Assembly: GCA_951406725.2 (NCBI GenBank)
Contig: OX597819.1
Coordinates: forward strand, 29,574,001 to 29,638,000
Direction: 5' to 3'
Length of the DNA: 64,000 bases
Source of the DNA: Octopus vulgaris
Taxonomy: Eukaryota
Shown here: one piece after another, positions 49,346-64,000 of the stretch
Numbering within the stretch: position 1 is the stretch's first letter
Layout of the letters: each line of letters opens with the position of its first letter
Made by a program: the position numbers and the translations under genes
Notes under the pieces: generated by a model
Seen by the model: the letters and a program-made list of their open reading frames with translations, nothing else
Told to the model about the DNA's origin: nothing
The model's database searches: none

Positions 49346-51495
49346 TTGTTCTATATACTTTGTGTGGTAAATGTTGGAATCATCGTAACAACAATCTTGA
49401 AATTCAGGATGAGGAAAAGAGACAAGTAAATCTACAATAAATAAATAAATAAATAAATAAAAATAAGCTGAAAAATTAAATGAATATAATCTTCTTAATG
49501 AGCAATTTTAATCTAAAGAACATAAATATATCGAAATTTTAAAAAAATAAATAATTGAGAATTTAAGAATGTTAAATTCTTCCCATTTAGATGGTAAATT
49601 CTTGTGATGCAGACATATAACAAGAAATAATAAAGATGATATAAAAGCAATTTTTTAATCACTTGCCAAGAGAGAAATGTTAAAGCAATGATATGTCTAA
49701 GAACACATCAAGTAGTAACTCAGGTGGTGAATTGGCGGAGTTATTAGAACGTTGGTTAGTCTACTTTCTGGTATTTGCTCTGACACTTTGTGCTCTGAGC
49801 TTTGCATTTATATTTTTTTCAGGACCATTAAAAAATGTACTAAACCAGGGTGGTGGATTACTGGAATTGTAAGACTATTGGACTAGGTACATTATGGCAT
49901 TTGTTCTGACTCTATGAGTTCTGAGTTCAAATTCTGCCATGGTCTACTTGAATGATGGATTATAACATAATTCATCACATAGTTTAGCAACAGCTGGCAC
50001 CTTGGATATTTTTAGCTGAATCCACTGAGCCATATGCCTTTGGGTCAGATAACTGGTTTGAAAATATCTTCCTCTCCCTCCTTTCTACTAGTCTCAGAGA
50101 TCCTGTAAAGGGTGACAATAACTGCCTTTCTTCCTGACTAAAAGAATTTAAAAATAAAAAAACAAAGGAAACAAACAACTATTTTTCACACAAGAACAGT
50201 GGATTCAAAGCCGAGGGAACATCCACTCTTATAATCTGTTGAGATTAAAACCATTTTCCTTTCAGCTTAACTAATGTCTGCATTTAAAACAAACGTTAGC
50301 ACATGCATTATGCTTTAGCTCAAACAATGTTCTTTACAATATTATCTACTCTATAAAATATTCTAAAATAGTAGTTTCATTTTAATGTTTGTGAAGCAAC
50401 CATTAGACTATTGTATGTTTCTGCCTCAGTGATTTACTTGTTCAAATATTTAGACAAAATACCATAATTTAAGATAGAACTTAGCTTTAAAAAAAATCAA
50501 TAAAATCTCCAGAATTTGGACAAATCTTTTTCTTTTAGGCTATAATCAATCAGATTAATCAACAAGAAAAATAAAAGAAAGGAAAAAAGATAAAGAATGA
50601 ATATGAATGCAGTGGTATATTTTTCAAGTTATATCAATTTTTGTACATTGACATAATCTTCTTTTTAGTTGTATTAACTTCAAGAGTGATACTTATCAAC
50701 TGCTGCTCATAATTCATTCTGTATCACCTATTTTAGAGATTCCTGGAAACATTTTAGTGGAATTGGAATTATAGTTGTATAATCACCACCACCACAACCA
50801 CCACCACCACCACAACTACTTTTACCACCCACATATTTTTGCTGCTAACACAACAGAAATATTTGTTAGAAGAATCTTTATAACTCTTCAGGTATAAGTA
50901 TCCTCCATAAGCTATCTACTGTAAAGATTCCAGTAAATTCTGGTTGTCCATGCTCTGTTTTTAAAGTATAAATATTTAATTGTAAAATATTATTAATTTA
51001 TTCAGTTATTGTTTCAGTAGTGATAACATGATGTACCAATGATTAACATAGCTGACGAATTAACAAAAATGTTGGATGTGAATAAACAGATTGGTTATAA
51101 AAGTTTAGTGTCATTTGTCACCCTTTAGCATCTGAATTACTTTGTCATATATAATGTTTGTACATTCATTGTGTTGAATTAACCATGCATTATCTCATAG
51201 CTTTGAGATTTTGAAAATGTGATTTGTCCAGTCTTAACATAAAACAAGGAGAATATTTTGGTCAGATATGACTAGTTTAAATGTTAAGGGGCTAATTCCA
51301 AGGCTAATTCCAAGGCCAATTCCACATTACTTTTCAACTTTGATTCTGCACTTACAACATCAGTCTTTATAACAATTTGAGCAAGGTGGAAGCATCCATA
51401 GAATCAATAATTTTTGTAGTTATATCATTCTCAAATCACACCTGTCTTAAAGTATGAGAGAGAGAGGGGGAAGAGGGAAAGAGAGGGTGAGGAAA

Positions 51496-51533
<38 letters not shown>

Positions 51534-52215
51534 AAAGAGGGAGAGAGAAAGAGTAGTTTCAGAGTTGTTCTCTTCTGGTAAGTGATTTTATTTTGTGATC
51601 ATATATTTCAACTAAAGTAATTATATTAATGTGGGAAAGACATTTTAGCCATTTAAAAACACACATAGACTTTTATTTTTTCTTGAGATGTCAGCATTTT
51701 TGAATACACTATGGTTAACCTCACATCGTTACAGTTCCACTGAGCTGCACACAAAAATAACAACAACATGAACAGACTAAGATCTTCTGAGGCCCCTTTA
51801 TGTACATGCTGGTCAGATCAAGAATCAGCACTGGGGTAGTTCCTTTAGAAGTGGTACATATCTCCTTTTATCTTTTATTTTTTTTTACTTGTTTTAGTCA
51901 TTGGACTATGGCAAGTGCTGGGGCACCATTTTGCAGGGTTTCAATCAAAGATATCAACCCCATTTAATCTGGTACTTACTATAAATCTTTTGATCAACTG
52001 CTAAGTCACAAGGACATGAACAAATCAACACTGGTTGTCAAGAGGTAGAGTGGGGACGAACATAAACATAATTGCACACACATGCTTGTGCATACATACA
52101 TGCACACTCATACATTCATCATTCATATTCCTGTCTCTCTCCCTCTTCTTTCTCTCTCTCTCTCTCTTTTTTCTTTCTCTCTATCTCTCTCTCTATATAT
52201 ATATATATAGAGAGA

Positions 52216-52379
52216 GAGTGGCTGTGTGGTAAGTAGCTTGCTTACCAACCACATGGTTCCGGGTTCAGTCCCACTGCATGGCATCTTGGGCAAGTGTCTT
52301 CTGCTATAGCCCCGGGCCAACCAATGCCTTGTGAGTGGATTTGGTAGACGGAAACTGAAAGAAGCCTGTCGTATATATG

Positions 52380-52410
<31 letters not shown>

Positions 52411-52625
52411 ATATGTTTGTGTGTCTGTGTTTGTCCCCCTATCATTGCTTGACAACCAATGCTGGTGTCTTTATGTCCCGTCACTTAGCGGTTCAGCAAA
52501 AGAGATTGATAGAATAAGTACTGGGCTTACAAAGAATAAGTCCCTGAGTCGATTTGCCCGACTAAAGGCGGTGCTCCAGCATGGCCGCAGTCAAATGACT
52601 GAAACAAGTAAAAGAGAAAAATAAA
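52216..52625 (+). mobile_element. SINE family A
   Basis: Full-length homology. Confidence 0.9.
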
Positions 52626-52630
52626 AGAAA

Positions 52631-52679
<49 letters not shown>

Positions 52680-52680
<1 letters not shown>

Positions 52681-53155
52681 TCCTTGTTTCAATCATTTAA
52701 CTGTGGCCATGCTGGAGCACCACCTTTAAGGATTTTTTAGAAAGTGATCCCAGAACTTATTCTTTGTAAGTCCAGTACTTATTTTATTGATCTCATTTGC
52801 TGAACTGCTAAGTTATGAAAACATAAACACACCAACATTGGTTGTCATGTGATTGTGCAGGAACAAACACAGACACATACACACACACACACACATACAC
52901 GACAGACTTCTTCCAGTTTCTGTCTACCAAATTCACTTACAAAACTTTGATTGGCCTGTGGCTATATTAGAAATTACTTGCCCGAGGTGCCACACAGTGG
53001 GACTACACCCTGAATGTATATATGATGGGCTTTCGCCTCACAAGGCATTGATTGACCAGGAGCTATAATAGAAGATACTGTCCAAAGGGCTGCACAGTGG
53101 GACTGAATATGAAACCATGTAACTGCTAAGTAAGCTACTTAACTATACAGCCTAT
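52680..53155 (-). mobile_element. SINE family A (older, decayed)
   Basis: Tail-to-tail with 52216 copy across (TA)n. Confidence 0.7.
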
Positions 53156-53432
53156 TGCCATACCCAATGTTTTCTTTGTTTTCTTTATTGAAGCCTAGCA
53201 GTTGCCCTTGCATGTCAGTCCCTCCTCTTTCTGCCAACAATATTCCTCCAAGGGAAAGGCAACAATGTTATAATAAGCATTGACATCAGAATACAAAGAA
53301 CATTGTTGTTAAAACAAATAACACCAGACAATTCCATCTAATGCTCTAATAATTCCACTTATCTACTACAATGGAATTCTAACTTTATTTATCAAACTAC
53401 TAGAGAATGGAATGCAAAATTTGAACAGAGAC

Positions 53433-53591
53433 ATAGGAGTGGCTGTGTGGTAAGTAGCTTGCTTACCAACCACATGGTTCCGGGTTTGGTCCCACTGCGA
53501 GGCACCTTGGGCAAGTGTCTTTTACTATAGCCTCGGGCAGACCAAAGCCTTGTGAGTGGATTTAGTAGACAGAAACTGAAAGAAGCCTGTC

Positions 53592-53660
<69 letters not shown>

Positions 53661-53858
53661 TATCTGTCCCCTCCAACATCGCTTGACAACCAATGCTGGT
53701 GTGTTCACGTCCCTGTAACTAGCGGTTCAGCAAAAGAGACTGATAGAATAAGTACTAGGCTTACAAAGAATAAGTCCTGGGGTCGATTTGCTCGACTAAA
53801 GGTGGTGCTCCAGAATGGCCACAGTCAAATGACTGAAACAAGTAAAAGAGTAAAGAGA
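53433..53858 (+). mobile_element. SINE family A
   Basis: Full-length homology. Confidence 0.9.
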
Positions 53859-53934
53859 AAGAGAGAGAGAGAGAGAGTTAGAATACTACAAAGCATTGAA
53901 TCTGATAATCTAAGGAGCGTGCCAATTTGTCACC

Positions 53935-54168
53935 TTAACCTTTTAGCACTTTATCCAGCCATATCCGGCCCAAATATTCTACCAGTTTTATGTTAAAAAT
54001 GACCAGATCCAACCTCTCACACTTATCCTACAATGTCATTCTAAAAATATATTAATACAAACATGCCATTAAAATGTTGAAGCTACAATATAATGTGTGA
54101 TTAATCCAAAATAATGTTAATAAATAACTTTTACATTTGACAAAGAAATCTGAATGCTAAAGGGTTAA
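53935..54168. mobile_element. piggyBac-type MITE
   Basis: TTAA-CCTTTTAGC ... GCTAAAGGG-TTAA. Confidence 0.8.
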
Positions 54169-54190
54169 GATGCACACCAGTTGCAATATG

Positions 54191-54275
<85 letters not shown>

Positions 54276-54705
54276 AACTATTACACTCTGACAGAGTCCA
54301 CTTTCCACAACCAGAATCAATAGACACACATGAGAGGGGATATAAAGAGTGTAAGACATCTACAGGGTGTGAGGGGTATTTGAGGATACATGGTTGTTTT
54401 ACCTTCCTAGAAACAGAAGGTATATCTCTGTGAAATTACATACTAATGTATTGAGAAGGAAGGGGCACCATGGACAATATAGTTTTAGACACACAATACT
54501 TGAGAAAATCGTGGAATTATTATGACTGGACATGTTGATCATAGTTTTATTTTTTTTGCAGTTAGAATTAAGGTGGAGTCTAAACAGCAACAACAACAAT
54601 AACAACTGTAGCAACGATGACAACTACAACTACAACAACAACAGTAGCAGCAGCATTGATGACAACAACAGCAGCAGTGGTCATAATGATGGTAACAACA
54701 GCAGC

Positions 54706-54900
54706 GTGGATGCGCAATGGCCCAGTGGTTAGGGCAGTGGACTCGAGGTTGTATGAGCACGGTTTCGATTCCCAGACCAGGCATTGTGAGTGTTTATTGA
54801 GCAAAAACACCTAAGCTCCATGAGGCTCCAGCGGGGAGGGGTACTGAACCCCCTCTATACTCTTTCACCACAATTTTCTTTCACTCTTTTTTCCTACTTC
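54706..54900 (+). mobile_element. SINE family C head
   Basis: gtggatgcgcaatggcccagtggttagggc...gtttcgattccc. Confidence 0.8.
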
Positions 54901-55192
54901 TGCAACAAAGCAGAGGAACTGTGGTATAACCCACTATGGTGTGGTAAACTTTCAGACCTTAGTGGTAAACTTAGATTGCGAATCCTTTGTACCCCAGGAT
55001 GGTTCAGCACCCCACCCATTAAAAGCCACCATTTACGGAATGAGGATAACGACATAGCTTTCACGCCCGTGCAATCGCCAGTCTATCGCATGTGGTGGGT
55101 GAATCTTCAAGTTGCCACACGCATTCTTAGTAGCTTAGATTAGGCTTGAATAAGAGAGTATTCTTTGTGGCTAATGGCGTGAGTCCTGATTG

Positions 55193-55367
55193 GAAGAAGA
55201 AGAAGAAGAAGAAGAAGAAGAAGAAGAAGAAGAAGAAGAAGAAGAAGAAGAAGAAGAAGAAGAAGAAGAAGAAGAAGAAGAAGAAGAAGAAGAAGAAGAA
55301 GAAGAAGAAGAAGAAGAAGAAGAAGAAGAAGAAGAAGAAGAAGAAGAAGAAGAAGAAGAAGAAGAAG
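55193..55367. repeat. Perfect (GAA)n tract, ~58 units
   Basis: Direct inspection. Confidence 0.95.
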
Positions 55368-55938
55368 ACAACAACAAAAACAACAATAATTGCCTATTAT
55401 CACAGAGAGTCCACAAAGTTTATTTTCTCCTATTTTCATGCACAACAGCTTTGCTCTTCTAAATTAACTGCTTTGAGCATTCCTAAATGGAGCTGGTGCT
55501 ATATGCACTAGATAAATTAGGTAATTGCCTGGGATACTAAAATTAAGGGCACCACAAGTAGCTTACACAATTTTTAAAAAAAATCTAATTAAAAACATGA
55601 AAATTTAGAAATTTTAGAGGACAGGTGAGGTCACACTTGAAACTAGGAAGGATGGTAGACATGGGTAGGTGATAAGATTTCATGTTTTACCCAGTATTCC
55701 ATTAATAAGCATAAACATATAACTATAGATATTTTTGTTCACAAACTAGTTTCCTTCTGAAATGTTTTCATCTGATGTAAAAAGGATGCTGGCAGGAAGA
55801 GCTCATTTACATAATCTGGAGAAGAAGGCTTATATCATGGGATAACAAGAAGTCAGATACATTGTATGGCTGGCCTATGATGATAAATACCCTTATGTCT
55901 GCCCTGTTCTTATTCTTCAACTATCACTCTGTACTCTA

Positions 55939-56210
55939 GTGGAGGCACATGGCCTAGTGGTTAGAGCAGCTGACTCGCGATCGAGGGATCATGAGTTTGA
56001 ATCTCAGACCGGGTGATGTGTGTGTTTATGAGCGAAAACACCTAAGTTCCACGCGGCTCTGGCAAAAGGTAATGGCGAAATTTCTGCTGACTCTTTCACC
56101 ATAACTTTCTCTCACTCTTTCCTCTTGCATCTTGCGACAGACCTATACGCCAAGAAACTGGGAAACCAGCCCTTATGAGCCAGGCATGGCTTGAGAAGGA
56201 ACAAACAAAA
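55939..56210 (+). mobile_element. SINE family C, tail type 3
   Basis: Homologous to 16925-17227. Confidence 0.8.
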
Positions 56211-57201
56211 ACTCTTTACTCTGCAACTCTTATTCTACTTGTCTTTTAACACATTATGCTTAACACTCTGGAAGATTTCTACACATTATATCTCACAACA
56301 CATGAAATTTCTACACCTTTCACTTAGCACTTTATGAGATAGCTCTATGTGAGGTTTCTATACATTACGTCAAATCACTGTGAGATTTTTATACATTATT
56401 CCAAGCACTGCATGAAATTCTATGCATTATACCTTGTGCTATGTGATATTTCTAAATGTTGTATATAACATTTCATCATCATCATTATCCTCATCATCAC
56501 CCTCATCGTTATCCTCCTCCTCCTCATCCTCATCATCATCATCATCATCCTCATCATCATCCTTATTATCCTCCTCCTCCTCCTCATCATCATCCTCATC
56601 ATTGCTCTCCTCTTCCTCCTCATCATCATCTTCTTCATCATTGCTCTCCTCCTTCTCCTCCTCCTCATCATCCTCATCATCAATCATCATCATCATCATC
56701 ATTTAACATCATCATCATTTAACATCTGTTGTCCATGCTGGCATGGGTTGGACAGTTTGATCAGGGCTGGCAAGCCGAGATCCTGCACCAGACTTCAGTC
56801 CAATTTGGCATGGTTTTTCTATGGCTGGATGCCCTTCCTAATGCCAACCACTCTGAGAGTGTAATGGATGCATTTTGCATACCACTGGCATGAGTGCCAG
56901 TTGTGTGATGCCAGTGTCTGTCATGACTATGATTTCACTTATTGTGATAGGTTTTCTTCTTTTAATGTAAAATTTCCATGTGTATGCCTAGCACTATATG
57001 AGGTATCTATGAATTATATCTTGCATTATCTTAGATTTTGACATGTTATACCCAGCACTCTGAGATTCCTACACACTATACCCAATACAATGAGAGATTT
57101 CTGCACATTGTCCTAGCACTATGCAACATTTCAACATATATTTATACCTGGCACTATGTGAGATTTCTGCAGTTTATACATATAACTGCATAAGATTTCT
57201 G

Positions 57202-57978
57202 ATCATTGCCAGAGCGGCTAACTGGCTTCCGTGCCTGTGGCACGTAAAAGGGCACCATTCAAGCGTGATTGTTACCAAAGTCGCCTTACTGGCACCTGTG
57301 CCGGTGGCATGTGTAAAAAGATTCGAGTGAGGTCATTGCCAGTACCGCCTGACTGGCCCCCATGCCAGTGGCATGTAAAAAGCACCCACTACACTCTCAG
57401 AGTAGTTGGCATCCAGCTGTAGAAACTCTGCCAGATCAAGATTGGAGCCTGGTGCAGCCATCTGGTTCGCCAGCCCTCAGTAAAAATCGTCCAACGCATG
57501 CTAGCATGGAAAGCAGACGTTAAACGATGATGGAATCTTTTCGGTTTGAATGGCAGTTTTTTCTAGTGGTGTCATATGAAATTGTCACCCATAATTATGA
57601 CCCTAGTATTGATCTATTGCATTTCAATCTGTTTTAGGGTTAGGGTTAGTTAGGGTTAGGGGTGGGAGGAAGGGTATCTTTTTTTCTTCACAAATGTAAA
57701 TAAACCCAATCTGTTTCTTAAACGAGGGACATATTCATACGGCACAGAATGTTTTTTACCTCAATAGACGTCAGTGATCGGTTGAAATTGCAGAAATTGA
57801 AGAAAAAAAACAACAAATATCTTACAAACTATAGAATTTTCTCAATAAAGCCATGAGAAAAAGATGTTTTATAAACACATTCTACCAGTATATGAAGTTT
57901 AAAATTTTTTAGTTACCTAGAAATTATGTTAAAAACTGCCATTCAAACTGAAAAGATCCCGATGATGATGATGATGAT
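57202..57978 (+). mobile_element. RTE 3' fragment whose (ATG)n tail is split by the MITE
   Basis: Tail resumes at 57960 after the MITE. Confidence 0.85.
57533..57959. mobile_element. GGATC-TIR MITE copy
   Basis: Perfect TSD cgatgatg. Confidence 0.9.
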
Positions 57979-58405
57979 ACTTAGCTTTATGTGAGATTTG
58001 TATGCATTACGTCTAGCACTACTGAAGATTTCTATGCTTATATCAAACATTATGAGAAATTTGTTCACATTACATCTCAAATTATTTGTGGTTGCTACAC
58101 ATTACAACTATCATGGCATGAGATTTCTATACATTACACTCAGCACTTATGTTTCACATATAACCCATACACATATAACACATACTCTCATACACATGTA
58201 GTACAAACTTGTATACACACACATACTACACATATACACACACAGATAGACATAGTCACACAAAGACAGACAGACACACGCACATACACAGGTGCCCACA
58301 CACATATGCATGCACACACATACACTCACACATGCACACACACACAGAATACATACAAACAGAATGGTAAACACACATACACACACAAAACACTGATAAT
58401 GCATG

Positions 58406-58437
<32 letters not shown>

Positions 58438-58826
58438 TACATGCATGTATTCAGTACTGAAACTTGCTTGCACACACACACACACACACACACAAAATCA
58501 CACATACACACATTCACACAAACACACACATGCACACAAAACTGGAACTTGTTTGCATACACACATGCACACCCACACACAAACAGACATACATACATGT
58601 ACACACGCACACACATGCACACAGACAAACAGACGGGTACACACACATGTTCACATATACTCACGTACACAGATATGCACATATGAAGACATACGCACAG
58701 TCACACACTGACACATACATACACACTTAATGACCTTTACTTCCATTGTAACCGAACATACGAACAATGTAAGACAGAATATAACTAAAATCTGTGATAG
58801 TTTTCCCATTACTAACCTCTCCTTCT

Positions 58827-58893
<67 letters not shown>

Positions 58894-58909
58894 TACATAT
58901 ATATGTATG

Positions 58910-58972
<63 letters not shown>

Positions 58973-59001
58973 TTATATATATGCACATATATATATGTAT
59001 A

Positions 59002-63562
<4,561 letters not shown>

Positions 63563-64000
63563 CATACACCATATCAATAAAAGACAGAGTATTAATATAC
63601 TATTAATCTGGTGCAATTTTATAAACAGTATTCTCATTCATTTAATCATCCTTTATCATTCTTTAAAATTCCACAATGTGAGAAGATTAATATATATTCC
63701 TTTAGCAACAGGTATGAATATTAACTTGTCATGGTGGCAAGATTAATAGCTTCAATAGAGAACAGAGTGAAGCATTAACGTGAATATGTCACGCAGGAAA
63801 GATGCTGTTATGTCGAATATATATTTATACAGACAACTAATGTGTCATTTTTGATGAATTGAAAATGAAATGATTTGAACCAAGAAATTAAGCACTACAA
63901 ATGAAGGTCATAGCATCCACGCAACTTCAGTATGATGTTCATAAACAGCAGCAACAACAACAACAATAACAACAACAACAAACACAGCTATCAGTATATG

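Larger units (their letters stand above)
56240..58150. repeat. Degenerate ~33-bp minisatellite (cactatgagatttctatacattatac) interrupted by (TCA/TCC)n, RTE tails and a MITE
   Basis: Unit recurs at 56260-56470, 56960-57200, 57980-58150. Confidence 0.7.

Overview
AT-rich, microsatellite-dense animal genomic DNA made almost entirely of transposable elements. The SINE, LINE and MITE inventory looks like an octopus/cephalopod genome (inference). No host protein-coding exon could be supported. The one long intact ORF (59250-62594, -) is an apparently full-length RTE-clade LINE: AP endonuclease plus RT, with a PHD-type C4HC3 finger inserted inside the RT. The window also holds decayed piggyBac, Tc1, DD37D/maT and RTE copies, non-autonomous Helitrons, a 6-copy MITE with 8-bp TSDs and (TTAGGG)n, and several modular tRNA-SINE families. 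The main unexpected signal is about a dozen type-I hammerhead ribozyme motifs (two fully canonical, at 4253-4313 and 35656-35719). They sit in at least six unrelated non-coding 0.3-1 kb elements with 5' inversions and/or partial direct repeats, mostly in (TA)n tracts, and resemble Penelope-mobilised retrozyme-like elements. One has a 505-nt repeat unit whose inverted copy ends exactly at the predicted cleavage site, and another carries a tRNA-SINE head.
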